Assembly (NCBI GenBank): GCA_002364085.1
Contig: DEXK01000008.1
Location: 29,786 to 93,785 of the forward strand
Direction: 5' to 3'
Origin: Balneolaceae bacterium UBA3186
GTDB taxonomy: Bacteria; Bacteroidota; Rhodothermia; Balneolales; Balneolaceae
Length of the DNA stretch: 64,000 bases
Positions 54,424-64,000 of the stretch are shown in pieces. A model generated the notes under the pieces. It was not told the origin of the DNA. It made no database searches and saw only the letters and a list, made by a program, of their open reading frames with translations. A program made the translations under genes and the position numbers. Positions within the stretch are counted from its first letter, which is position 1. Each line of letters starts with the position of its first letter.

Positions 54424-57400
54424 TTAAGCTCCTGCTTTTTCTTCATCGCTTCCGCCCAGAGTTTCAAATATCTCTGCTACTTCTGCGTCACTTTCATCAA
54501 CTTCTTCAGTTGGTCCAACGATAAGATCATTGTACTCACGAAGACCAGTACCTGCTGGTACTTTGTGTCCAACAACTACATTTTCTTTCAGTCCACGTAA
54601 GAAGTCTTTCTTAGCCTCAATTGAAGCCTGAGTAAGAACCTTAGTAGTTTCCTGGAAAGAAGCGGCTGATAACCAACTTTCAGTAGAAAGTGCAGCTCTC
54701 GTAATACCCAATAGAATTGGACGAGAAATTGCCGGTTCAGCTTCACGAGTTTGGATCTCTTCTTTGCCTTCTTTGATCAATTCGTTGTTGATGTCTCTTA
54801 CCTGACGACGATCAAGGATCTTTCCTTTCTTAAGCTCACTGCCACCTTCTTCGGTTACAACAAACTTACCGATCAATTCATCATTTCTGGTATTAACTTC
54901 AAAACGATCAACTTTATCGCCTTCTAGGAACATTGTATCGCCCGGATCAGTGATCTCAACTTTCTGCATCATCGTGCTTACAATAACCTCGATGTGCTTA
55001 TCATTGATTTTCACACCCTGTAGACGGTAAACTTCCTGAATCTCATTCACTAAGTACGATTGTACAGCGTATGGCCCAAGAATGTTTAGAATGTCCTGTG
55101 CAGGAATTGTACCATCAGATAATGGCTGGCCTGCTTTCACAAAGTCATTGGTTTGTACAAGAATATGCTTGCTCAAAGAGATCAAATACTTTTTCTCATC
55201 AGTACCGTCTTTTGATTTAACAAATACTTCCTGAGAACCACGCTTACGACCTCCCATTTCAACAATACCATCAATCTCAGAAACTACTGCCGGCTCACTT
55301 GGCGAACGAGCTTCGAAAAGCTCAGTCACACGAGGAAGACCCGCTGTAATATCTTTAGATTTAGATGCTGCTCTAGGAATCTTAGCGATTACCTGACCTG
55401 CTGAAACTGTCTCTCCGTTGTCGATAGCTACGTGAGTATCAACTGGAAGAGTGCTTTCGCGAATCACATCTTTTGCGCCTTTAACAACTAGTGTCGGTAC
55501 AAGAGATCTGTCTTTAGAATCAGTAATTACTTTTTCACGGTGACCTGTTTGGGCATCTGTATCATCAGTAGAAGTAACTCCATCAATAATATCTTTGTAC
55601 TCAACAACACCATCGATTTCAGAGAAGATCAATGCGTTGTATGGATCCCACTTACAGAGCTGAGCTCCTTTTGGAACCATATCGCCTTCTTCAACCATCA
55701 TTTCGCTACCATAAGGAACGTTATAGCTGATTAAGACCTGACCTTCGTCATTAACAATTTTCAATTCGCCTGCACGGCTCAATACAATGTTATGCTCTTC
55801 TTCACCATCATCATAAGCTACAACACGAACATTTTCGAATTCAACTTTACCGTCGAATTTAGTTTTGTGTTGTGAATCTGCCTCAAGACGAGAAGCCGTA
55901 CCACCAACGTGGAAAGTACGAAGTGTAAGCTGTGTACCCGGCTCACCAATTGATTGAGCAGCGATAACACCAACGGCCTCACCTTTCTCAACAACGGTTC
56001 CACGAGCTAAGTCACGCCCATAACATTTTGCACAAACACCACGACCGGTTTCACATGTAAGTACCGAACGGATGTCAACTTCTTCAATAGAAGTTTCTGC
56101 AATTTTCTTAGCTACTCCTTCATCGATCATCTGGTTTGCTTCACAGATAAGATCATCTGTGATAGGATCATGAATATCATGCAGAGAGAAACGACCTATA
56201 ATACGATCTTCCAATCTTTCGATTATATCTTCATTATCCTTAAGAGCTGACATCTTGATACCACGAAGTGTACCACAGTCATCTTCAGTGATAATCACAT
56301 CCTGAGAAACGTCAACAAGTCGACGGGTTAAGTAACCTGCATCGGCAGTTTTAAGTGCGGTATCAGCAAGACCTTTACGAGCACCGTGAGTAGAGATAAA
56401 GTACTCAAGTACCGAAAGTCCCTCTTTGAAAGAAGAAAGAATCGGATTCTCAATTACTTCGTTACCCTGCTGCATTGAACTCTTTTGAGGCTTAGCCATC
56501 AATCCACGCATACCACCTAACTGACGAATCTGCTCTTTAGAACCACGAGCTCCTGAGTCAGCCATCATATACACCGGGTTGAAACCATCACGATCTTCTT
56601 GAAGAGCGGTAAATAGAGTTTCGGAAACACGGTTAGTGGTACTTGTCCATTTATCAATAACTTGGTTATATCGTTCATTATCAGTGATGAAACCCATTTC
56701 GTAACGACCTTGAATGTCGGTTACTTCGTCTTTGGCTCCGTCAATTAATTTTGCTTTAGCATCCGGAATAATGATATCATCAAGGCTAAATGAAAGACCA
56801 CCAAGGGTAGCATTTTCGTAACCTAACTTTTTCATATCATCAAGGAATACAGCACATCGTGAAGTACCAACATTCGAGTGAATATCACCAATCAATACAC
56901 GAAGCTCTTTTTTACCAAGAGTTTTGTTCATGTACCCAATTTCTTCAGGTACAATCTGATTGAAGATCACACGACCGGTAGAGGTTTTAACCACTTCTTT
57001 AACGGTTTCGCCTTCTTCATTGATTACATCAACACGAACATTAATTTTTGCATGCAGATCGATCTGTCCTTGATCAAAAGCGACAAGAACTTCATCCATA
57101 TCTGAAAATGTCTTTCCTTCTCCCTTTTTGCCGTTTGCAGGCTTAGTAAGGAAGTAAAGACCCAAGATCATATCCTGAGATGGAACTGCAATAGGGCCAC
57201 CACTTGCAGGACTCATAATATTATGAGAACCAAGCATCAATACAGAAGCCTCAAGCACTGCATCGTGGCTAAGTGGCAAGTGAACCGCCATCTGATCACC
57301 ATCGAAATCGGCGTTGAATGCCGTACACGCTAGTGGGTGAAGACGAATCGCTTTTTCCTCGATAAGCACCGGTTGAAACGCTTGAATACCTAAACGGTGA

Positions 57401-58725
57401 AGCGTTGGAGCACGGTTAAGCATTACCGGATGTCCATCAATTACATTTTCAAGTACTTCCCAAACCACCGCATCTCTGCGATCAACTACTTTCTTTGCGC
57501 TCTTAACGGTTTTAACATAACCGCGTTCTATCAAGCGACGAATAATGAATGGTTTGTAAAGCTCGACTGCCATTTCTTTTGGAAGGCCACACTCATGCAT
57601 TTTGAGTTCCGGACCTACCACAATTACAGAACGACCGGAATAATCAACACGCTTACCAAGAAGGTTTTGACGGAAACGACCGCTCTTACCTTTCAACATG
57701 TCGCTAAGAGATTTTAGCGGACGATTGTTATTTCTAACTGCGTTTGATTTTCTTGAGTTGTCATATAATGAATCAACCGCTTCCTGAAGCATACGCTTCT
57801 CATTTCGAAGAATTACATCAGGAGCTTTAATGTCCATCAATCTCTTCAAACGGTTGTTTCTGATAATGACCCTTCTGTATAGATCGTTAAGATCAGAAGT
57901 AGCAAACCTACCACCTTCAAGAGGTACAAGAGGGCGCAATTCTGGTGGAATTACCGGGATTACACTCTGGCACATCCACTCAGGCTTGTTTTCTGTGTGC
58001 TCTGCAGCGGCACGGAAAGACTCAATAACCTGAAGGCGCTTTAATTTCTTTTTCTTACGCATTTGTGAAGTTTCATTTTTCACTTCATAGCGTAATTGAT
58101 AAGCTAATTCATCCAAGTCAAGATCTGCAAGCATTGCTGCTAGTGCATCTGCTCCTTCTTTAACTATGAACTTATCTTCGTCGTCATTATCAAGCTCATA
58201 ATTATCTTCCGGAAGCTGATCAAGGATGTCATATTTCTCTTCTTCAGAAATCATATCACCTTTAGCATAACCCAAATCGCGTGCTACACCAGGGTTTATG
58301 ATTACAAAAGTCTCATAATAAACAATCTTGTCAAGGTTTTTAGAAGACATACCTAAAAGGTAAGCAATCTTGTTTGGCAGAGATTTGAAATACCAAATGT
58401 GTACAACCGGAACGGTTAGGGTGATATGACCCATTCGCTCACGACGAACAGCCTTTCTTGTTACTTCAACACCGCAACGATCGCAAATAATACCTTTGTA
58501 GCGAATACGCTTGTATTTTCCGCAATGGCATTCATAATCTTTAACCGGGCCAAAGATCTTTTCACAGAAAAGACCATCCATCTCCGGCTTAAAGGTTCTG
58601 TAGTTTATAGTTTCCGGTGTTAATACTTCTCCGTGTGAACGGGACAAAATTGTCTCAGCAGAAGCAAGTGATACTCCAATGCTGTTAAAGTCGTTGGTAA
58701 CTGTTAATGTTTTCGTTATTGGCAA
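54424..58725 (-). CDS. rpoC: DNA-directed RNA polymerase subunit beta'
   Basis: Zn finger CHCGKYK...[13 protein letters not shown], catalytic NADFDGD, RTFHVGG; TTG start with GGAGG upstream. Confidence 0.99.
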   Translation of the reverse strand: MPITKTLTVTNDFNSIGVSLASAETILSRSHGEVLTPETINYRTFKPEMDGLFCEKIFGPVKDYECHCGKYKRIRYKGIICDRCGVEVTRKAVRRERMGHITLTVPVVHIWYFKSLPNKIAYLLGMSSKNLDKIVYYETFVIINPGVARDLGYAKGDMISEEEKYDILDQLPEDNYELDNDDEDKFIVKEGADALAAMLADLDLDELAYQLRYEVKNETSQMRKKKKLKRLQVIESFRAAAEHTENKPEWMCQSVIPVIPPELRPLVPLEGGRFATSDLNDLYRRVIIRNNRLKRLMDIKAPDVILRNEKRMLQEAVDSLYDNSRKSNAVRNNNRPLKSLSDMLKGKSGRFRQNLLGKRVDYSGRSVIVVGPELKMHECGLPKEMAVELYKPFIIRRLIERGYVKTVKSAKKVVDRRDAVVWEVLENVIDGHPVMLNRAPTLHRLGIQAFQPVLIEEKAIRLHPLACTAFNADFDGDQMAVHLPLSHDAVLEASVLMLGSHNIMSPASGGPIAVPSQDMILGLYFLTKPANGKKGEGKTFSDMDEVLVAFDQGQIDLHAKINVRVDVINEEGETVKEVVKTSTGRVIFNQIVPEEIGYMNKTLGKKELRVLIGDIHSNVGTSRCAVFLDDMKKLGYENATLGGLSFSLDDIIIPDAKAKLIDGAKDEVTDIQGRYEMGFITDNERYNQVIDKWTSTTNRVSETLFTALQEDRDGFNPVYMMADSGARGSKEQIRQLGGMRGLMAKPQKSSMQQGNEVIENPILSSFKEGLSVLEYFISTHGARKGLADTALKTADAGYLTRRLVDVSQDVIITEDDCGTLRGIKMSALKDNEDIIERLEDRIIGRFSLHDIHDPITDDLICEANQMIDEGVAKKIAETSIEEVDIRSVLTCETGRGVCAKCYGRDLARGTVVEKGEAVGVIAAQSIGEPGTQLTLRTFHVGGTASRLEADSQHKTKFDGKVEFENVRVVAYDDGEEEHNIVLSRAGELKIVNDEGQVLISYNVPYGSEMMVEEGDMVPKGAQLCKWDPYNALIFSEIDGVVEYKDIIDGVTSTDDTDAQTGHREKVITDSKDRSLVPTLVVKGAKDVIRESTLPVDTHVAIDNGETVSAGQVIAKIPRAASKSKDITAGLPRVTELFEARSPSEPAVVSEIDGIVEMGGRKRGSQEVFVKSKDGTDEKKYLISLSKHILVQTNDFVKAGQPLSDGTIPAQDILNILGPYAVQSYLVNEIQEVYRLQGVKINDKHIEVIVSTMMQKVEITDPGDTMFLEGDKVDRFEVNTRNDELIGKFVVTEEGGSELKKGKILDRRQVRDINNELIKEGKEEIQTREAEPAISRPILLGITRAALSTESWLSAASFQETTKVLTQASIEAKKDFLRGLKENVVVGHKVPAGTGLREYNDLIVGPTEEVDESDAEVAEIFETLGGSDEEKAGA

Positions 58726-58756
58726 GGGTATTCCTCCATTAAATAATTAACAGTGA

Positions 58757-61700
58757 TTATTGTATATGTATTTCAAGTCCGAGACCCATAAGCTCTCGAA
58801 GTAATACTTTAAATGATTCAGGCACGTCTCCATCAGGAAGGTTTTCACCTTTCACAATAGCTTCATAAACTTTGGAGCGCCCTTTTACGTCATCACTTTT
58901 TACAGTGAGCATTTCCTTTAGGATACTTGAAGCACCATATGCATAAAGTGCCCAAACCTCCATCTCACCAAGTCGCTGACCACCAAACTGAGCTTTACCA
59001 CCCAATGGTTGCTGCGTAATTAATGAGTATGGTCCAATCGAACGGGAGTGCATCTTATCCTGAACCAAGTGATTCAACTTGATCATATAGATATATCCAA
59101 CAGTCGTTTTCTGTGAGAATGGCTCACCAGTGCGACCGTCGTATAGGTTTACACGACCATCTTCAGGCAATCCTGCTTCTCTTAATTTTCCTTTTACGTC
59201 ATCCATGCTTGCTCCATCAAAAATCGGAGAAGCGAAAGTAACGCCAAGTTTTTTAGCTGCCCAACCAAGGATCGTTTCATAGATCTGTCCAAGGTTCATA
59301 CGAGAAGGCACACCAAGTGGGTTCAGACAGATATCTACAGGAGTACCATCAGCCATAAACGGCATGTCTTCCTGTGGTACGATCTTAGCAACAACACCTT
59401 TGTTACCGTGACGTCCCGCCATCTTATCACCTACCTGAAGCTTACGCTTCTTAGCAACGTAGATCTTAGCTTTTTGGATGATTCCAGGAGGTAGTTCGTC
59501 TCCTACTTGAATTGCAAACGTACGACGCTTAGCCTCACTGTCGATCTTACGACGAAGGTCACGATAGTTAGCAAACAGTAGTCTTACTTTTTCTACCAAT
59601 TCCTGATCTGTAGCCCAGTCAATATTCTCATTGATATTTACCGGATCTAGTTCTTCAAATACTGATTTTTTATACTTCTCACCTTTAGGGATCAGCTCAA
59701 CATTACTGTAGTTCAACACTCCCGGAGAAGTTTTGTCTCTAAGAAGAGAGTACATCTTATCAGCCCATTGCTGATTTAGTTCTGCAAGTTTTTCAGCATG
59801 TCTTTCCTGCTCTTGCTCTACTCTTTTCTTTTCTTCTTTTCTTGAAATTAACTCATCACGCTTACGGCTGAAAAGCTTTGTGTTGATTACAGTTCCAGAA
59901 ACGCCCGGAGGAGTTTTTAGAGAAGCATCTTTAACATCACCAGCTTTGTCGCCAAAAATAGCACGAAGTAATTTTTCTTCCGGTGTTGGGTCAGTTTCAC
60001 CTTTCGGAGTGATCTTACCAACCAGAATATCACCCGGATTGATTTTAGCTCCAACTCGGATAATACCTTTTTCATTAAGGTTACGAGTTGCTTCTTCACT
60101 TACGTTTGGAATCTCGCGAGTAAGTTCTTCTTCACCACGCTTGGTGTCACGAACTTGTTGTTCGAATTCTGTAATGTGGATAGAAGTATAAATGTCATCC
60201 TGAACAATACGCTCACTTACAACGATCGCATCCTCAAAGTTGTAGCCTCTCCATGGCATGAAAGCCACAAGTAAGTTACGTCCAAGAGCAAGTTCTCCAC
60301 CGTCAGTTGAGCAACCATCAGCAATAGCTTGTCCTTTTTTAACCTTGTCACCAACTTTTACAATGGCACGCTGATTAGTACAAGTATCCTGGTTTGTTCT
60401 ACTGAACTTTTCAAGCTCATATGATTTAATTCCACCATCAAAATAACAATGTTGGTCAAGCTCATCTCTTTCGTACTTGATACGAATTTCAGTTGAACTT
60501 ACATATACAACTTCACCTTTTGCATCTGCGGTGATAATTGCACGGGAATCACGAGCAGCTCTATGCTCTAATCCTGTACCTACTACCGGTGCTTCAGGTC
60601 TAAGTAATGGAACTGCTTGACGCTGCATGTTCGAGCCCATCAAAGCACGGTTTGCATCATCATGTTCAATAAATGGAATTAATGCAGCTGCAAGTGATGT
60701 GATCTGATTTGTTGCCACATCCATATACTCGATCTCTTCAGCTTTAGCAACTAAGTAGTTACCTTCACGCATTCTTGAGAAAACTGCATCATTAGCAAAA
60801 GTGTTATTTTCGTCTAACTCTGCATTAGCCTGAGCAATTACTGTCTCATCTTCCTGCTCTGCAGCTAAATACTCAACACTTTTAGAAACTTTCTTGTCCT
60901 TAACTTTTCTGTAAGGCGTTTCAATAAATCCAAAATCATTCACTTTTGCATGAATACAAAGAGATGAGATCAGACCAATGTTCGGACCTTCAGGAGTTTC
61001 AATTGGACAAAGACGACCGTAATGAGTGTAGTGAACATCACGAACCTCAAAACCGGCACGCTCACGAGTAAGACCACCTGGTCCAAGAGCAGACATACGA
61101 CGCTTGTGCGTTAATTCTGCTAATGGATTCGTTTGATCCATAAACTGTGAAAGCTGGTTAGTACCAAAGAAAGTGTTAATTACACTTGAAATGGTACGTG
61201 CGTTCACAAGATCTTGAGGAGTCAATTGCTCTGCATCACGAGAGTTCATTCTCTCTTTTATTGTTCTTGCCATTCTGGCAAGTCCAATAGCAAATTGCTG
61301 TCCTAATTGCTCACCTACAGTACGAACTCGTCTGTTACTCAAGTGATCAATATCATCAACTTGAGATTTCATATTTTTAAGACGGATAACTTCTCTGATG
61401 ATAGCAACAATATCTTCTTTCAATAGATATTGGATCTCTTCATTACCCTCTAAACGAAGTCGCTTGTTTAATCTGTAACGACCAACTTCTCCAAGATCAT
61501 ATTTCTTATCACTAAAGAATAATCTTTCAAGAATAGAACGAGCAGTTTCAGGATCAGGCATTTCACCAGATCTGATCTGCTGATAAACTTCCCCTAGTGC
61601 AGAAGTTTCGTCCCAAGTTGGATCTTTACGAAGTGTATTCATCATAACAGAACGCTCAGACTCTTCTGAAGTAATCTTCTGAACCAGTACTGTTTTTTGA

Positions 61701-62584
61701 TCAACCTCGCCAAACATTCCGTAATCATCTTCTGTTAATTCATGATCACGTTCAAAAATGATTTTACGGTTTAACGCTTCAGTAACTTCACCTGTCTCAT
61801 CATCAACAACTTCTTCCATCTCTTCAACGATGATGTTTTGAGCAAGTCGTTTACCTACAAGGTTCTTTTTGAAGTTAGCTTTTGTTCCAACTTTAATTTC
61901 TTCTGATAATTCAAACAGACTTAATAAGTCAAGATCAGTAGAATATCCAAGTGCACGCAATAGTGTTGTTGCAGGGATCTTTTTCTTACGATCAATGTAA
62001 GCCCAGAGTACGTCTCTGATATCAGTAGTAAATTCGATCCATGAACCTTTGAAAGGAATTACACGAGCTGAATAGAGCTGAGTACCATTCGGGTGAACCG
62101 ATTGACCAAAAAATACACCAGGAGATCTATGTAACTGGGAAACAATTACACGCTCAGCGCCATTAATGATAAAAGTACCACGGTTTGTCATCCATGGCAG
62201 GTCACCTAAAAATACTTCCTGCTCTATTGTTTCACTAGCTTCGTCACTATCATCCACAGATGATAGACGTAGTTTTGCTTTCAATGGAACTGAATAAGTT
62301 AGTCCACGATCCTGACATTCTTTGATGGTATATCTCGGAACATCAACATTGTAGTATAAAAATTCTAGTATATGAGTTTCCCGTGTATCCTGAATTGGAA
62401 AGTTTTCTAAGAAAATTCTTTGCAACCCTTGATTAACACGCTCATTTGGTGCAATATCAAGTTGTACGAATTTCTCGAACGACTCTAATTGGATATCCAG
62501 AAAATCAGGATACTCTAAAACTTCTTTAGTTCGCCCAAAAGATTGGCGATCCGTATTTGGAATAGTTTGCATCTTCTTGCTCAA
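58757..62584 (-). CDS. rpoB: DNA-directed RNA polymerase subunit beta
   Basis: QLSQFMDQTNPL..THKRR, ETPEGPNIGL, GSNMQRQA, GDKMAGRHGNKG, GGQRLGEMEVWAL; TTG start with GGAGAGG upstream. Confidence 0.99.
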   Translation of the reverse strand: MSKKMQTIPNTDRQSFGRTKEVLEYPDFLDIQLESFEKFVQLDIAPNERVNQGLQRIFLENFPIQDTRETHILEFLYYNVDVPRYTIKECQDRGLTYSVPLKAKLRLSSVDDSDEASETIEQEVFLGDLPWMTNRGTFIINGAERVIVSQLHRSPGVFFGQSVHPNGTQLYSARVIPFKGSWIEFTTDIRDVLWAYIDRKKKIPATTLLRALGYSTDLDLLSLFELSEEIKVGTKANFKKNLVGKRLAQNIIVEEMEEVVDDETGEVTEALNRKIIFERDHELTEDDYGMFGEVDQKTVLVQKITSEESERSVMMNTLRKDPTWDETSALGEVYQQIRSGEMPDPETARSILERLFFSDKKYDLGEVGRYRLNKRLRLEGNEEIQYLLKEDIVAIIREVIRLKNMKSQVDDIDHLSNRRVRTVGEQLGQQFAIGLARMARTIKERMNSRDAEQLTPQDLVNARTISSVINTFFGTNQLSQFMDQTNPLAELTHKRRMSALGPGGLTRERAGFEVRDVHYTHYGRLCPIETPEGPNIGLISSLCIHAKVNDFGFIETPYRKVKDKKVSKSVEYLAAEQEDETVIAQANAELDENNTFANDAVFSRMREGNYLVAKAEEIEYMDVATNQITSLAAALIPFIEHDDANRALMGSNMQRQAVPLLRPEAPVVGTGLEHRAARDSRAIITADAKGEVVYVSSTEIRIKYERDELDQHCYFDGGIKSYELEKFSRTNQDTCTNQRAIVKVGDKVKKGQAIADGCSTDGGELALGRNLLVAFMPWRGYNFEDAIVVSERIVQDDIYTSIHITEFEQQVRDTKRGEEELTREIPNVSEEATRNLNEKGIIRVGAKINPGDILVGKITPKGETDPTPEEKLLRAIFGDKAGDVKDASLKTPPGVSGTVINTKLFSRKRDELISRKEEKKRVEQEQERHAEKLAELNQQWADKMYSLLRDKTSPGVLNYSNVELIPKGEKYKKSVFEELDPVNINENIDWATDQELVEKVRLLFANYRDLRRKIDSEAKRRTFAIQVGDELPPGIIQKAKIYVAKKRKLQVGDKMAGRHGNKGVVAKIVPQEDMPFMADGTPVDICLNPLGVPSRMNLGQIYETILGWAAKKLGVTFASPIFDGASMDDVKGKLREAGLPEDGRVNLYDGRTGEPFSQKTTVGYIYMIKLNHLVQDKMHSRSIGPYSLITQQPLGGKAQFGGQRLGEMEVWALYAYGASSILKEMLTVKSDDVKGRSKVYEAIVKGENLPDGDVPESFKVLLRELMGLGLEIHIQ

Positions 62585-62623
62585 AAGGAACCTCTCCTTT
62601 TTGTTGAAGGTAAATTAAACGGT

Positions 62624-62696
62624 AAAAACCCTATAAATAACAGGGTTAAGTAATATAGACGCCAATAGCCAATACCGTTTTCACGATATCGGCTAT
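62624..62696 (-). promoter_or_regulatory. rplL-rpoB intergenic hairpins (stabiliser/processing site plus attenuator-like terminator)
   Basis: Minus strand ATAGCCGATATCG-TGAAAA-CGGTATTGGCTAT (13 bp, no U-tract), then AACCCTGT-TATTT-ATAGGGTT-TTT. Confidence 0.65.
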
Positions 62697-62717
62697 GTGC
62701 GAATATTGTAAGAAAGC

Positions 62718-63098
62718 TTATTTAAGCTCTACTGTTGCTCCAGCTTCTTCAAGCTTAGCTTTGATCTCTTCAGCTTCTGCTTTAGCAGCACCTTCTTTGA
62801 TAGTATTAGGTGCGCCATCAACAAGTTCTTTAGCTTCTTTCAGCCCAAGACCAGTGATTCCGCGAACTTCTTTGATCACAGCGATTTTTTTAGCTCCAGC
62901 AGATTCAAGAACTACATCAAACTCGGTTTGCTCTTCACCACCACCAGCAGCGTCTCCGCCTCCGGCTGGGCCAGCAACAGCAACAGCTGCTGCAGCAGGT
63001 TTGATATCATATTCTTCTTCAAGAACTTTTGCTAGTTCGTTTGCTTCTTTGATAGTTAGGTTGACAAGCTCTTCAGCTAGTTTATTAACGTCAGCCAT
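62718..63098 (-). CDS. rplL: 50S ribosomal protein L7/L12
   Basis: [48 protein letters not shown]. Confidence 0.99.
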   Translation of the reverse strand: MADVNKLAEELVNLTIKEANELAKVLEEEYDIKPAAAAVAVAGPAGGGDAAGGGEEQTEFDVVLESAGAKKIAVIKEVRGITGLGLKEAKELVDGAPNTIKEGAAKAEAEEIKAKLEEAGATVELK

Positions 63099-63160
63099 TT
63101 TTATCTCCAGTTGTTTTTTAAAGTAAAATTTTTAATGTCTTGCGACATATTGTATAAATA

Positions 63161-63682
63161 TTATTCTTCGCCTTTTTCGGCAATAGTCTTTACAGCACCA
63201 ACAAGGTTTGAACCTTGAGCAGTAAGCGCACTTACTACATTTTGTGCAGGTGACATTAACAGACCAAGTATATCGCCAATAACTTCGTTTTTAGACTTCA
63301 TTGCGGCGAGAGCTTCTAATTTATCAGAAGAATAGAATTCGCCATCTATAAAAGCGGCTTTGAATTCAGGTTTCTTCTTATCCTTAGTAAACTCTTTTAA
63401 TACTTTAGCCGGTGCGGACAATTCATCTTCAACGAATGCAAAAGCATTTTGCTCAACTAAAGAAGGGAGTACTTTATCGTAACCTCCAACTTCTTCCATT
63501 GCAAGCTTCATAAGCTTATTCTTATATACTTTGAAGAAGATATTTCCCTTACGGAATGCTCCTCGCAATTCATTAGCATCTGCCACAGACATACCAGTGT
63601 ACTTGGTAATGTAAATACCGTTCGCACCATTTAGTTTTTCTGTGATTTCGTCTAAGACTGCTCTTTTTTCTGCAGTAGGCAT
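63161..63682 (-). CDS. rplJ: 50S ribosomal protein L10
   Basis: Y.GMSVA..ELR, KVYKNKL, FKAAFIDG; between rplA and rplL. Confidence 0.97.
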   Translation of the reverse strand: MPTAEKRAVLDEITEKLNGANGIYITKYTGMSVADANELRGAFRKGNIFFKVYKNKLMKLAMEEVGGYDKVLPSLVEQNAFAFVEDELSAPAKVLKEFTKDKKKPEFKAAFIDGEFYSSDKLEALAAMKSKNEVIGDILGLLMSPAQNVVSALTAQGSNLVGAVKTIAEKGEE

Positions 63683-63700
63683 AATTCTTAATTCCTCCTA

Positions 63701-64000
63701 TTATAGGGATGTAACTGCGGTTCTACTTATAGGTATGCTTGGTCCCATTGTACTACTCATGAAAACTGATTTCACGTATAGTCCTTTAGAGGATGCAGGT
63801 TTTAATCGCATTACAGTTGAAAGAAAAGCTTCAGCGTTTTCTTTAATTGCAGTAGCGTCAAAACTTATTTTACCTACGGATGTGTGAAGAATTCCGAATT
63901 TATCAACACGAAAATCAATCTGACCTGCTTTAACTTGCTTAACAGCATCAGCTACATCCATAGTAACTGTTCCACTTTTTGGGTTTGGCATAAGCCCACG
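63701..64000 (-). CDS. rplA: 50S ribosomal protein L1, C-terminal part (truncated by window end)
   Basis: [31 protein letters not shown]. Confidence 0.98.
   Translation of the reverse strand, partial: RGLMPNPKSGTVTMDVADAVKQVKAGQIDFRVDKFGILHTSVGKISFDATAIKENAEAFLSTVMRLKPASSKGLYVKSVFMSSTMGPSIPISRTAVTSL

Noticed and set aside
54424-62584. Inteins, unusual insertions or rifampicin-resistance substitutions in rpoB/rpoC
   Set aside because: Lengths (1275 and 1433 aa) are ordinary for FCB bacteria; no intein motifs; key RRDR residues (D, H, S) look wild-type.
63683-63700. L10 leader RNA between rplA and rplJ
   Set aside because: The gap is only 18 nt, leaving no room for the leader.
278-63887. Dozens of 60-170 aa ORFs antisense to or nested in long genes (e.g. 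2831-3334, 10155-10589, 49521-49985, 62695-63126)
   Set aside because: Shadow frames of well-supported genes; no motifs or independent signals.

Overview
A 64 kb stretch of AT-rich bacterial chromosome from the FCB group. The best guess is Balneolota (Balneola/Gracilimonas-like), an inference from the QNYPNPFNP-type T9SS sorting signal, TTG-N19/20-TAnnTTT(G/A) promoters and gene order. Most of it is core or housekeeping: ahcY (partial), tRNA-Arg(ACG), scpA-meaB-acyl-CoA dehydrogenase, folP-cdaA, ferredoxin, rsmD-coaD-aminotransferase, egtB-egtD, tRNA-Val(TAC), fadI-fadJ and rplA(partial)-rplJ-rplL-rpoB-rpoC. No CRISPR array, transposase, integrase, rRNA or intein was seen. The best candidate for an undescribed system is the 13 kb minus-strand operon at 14009-26887. 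It encodes two T9SS-type cargo proteins (one built of ExeM/YhcR-like OB-fold modules with no nuclease domain), a lipoprotein, a TonB-dependent receptor with no SusD partner, a dedicated PorV paralogue, an NHL lipoprotein and an ENPP-type phosphodiesterase lipoprotein. I hypothesise a T9SS-coupled nucleic-acid/nucleotide capture locus. Other highlights: (1) a GxxExxY PD-(D/E)xK nuclease gene bracketed by 29-bp direct repeats, plus several gene-less tandem-repeat/REP-like hairpins in intergenic regions; (2) an unannotated 35-aa Lys/Ala-rich small protein with its own terminator and a candidate operator; (3) a candidate four-way-junction RNA with loop-loop complementarity at 53061-53220; (4) a Cys-less LOV-like multi-PAS protein; (5) a pseudopilin-like plus DUF3822-like pair; (6) Shine-Dalgarno motifs seemingly confined to rplJ/rplL/rpoB/rpoC. 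All family calls come from motif recognition by eye; no database search or folding program was run.
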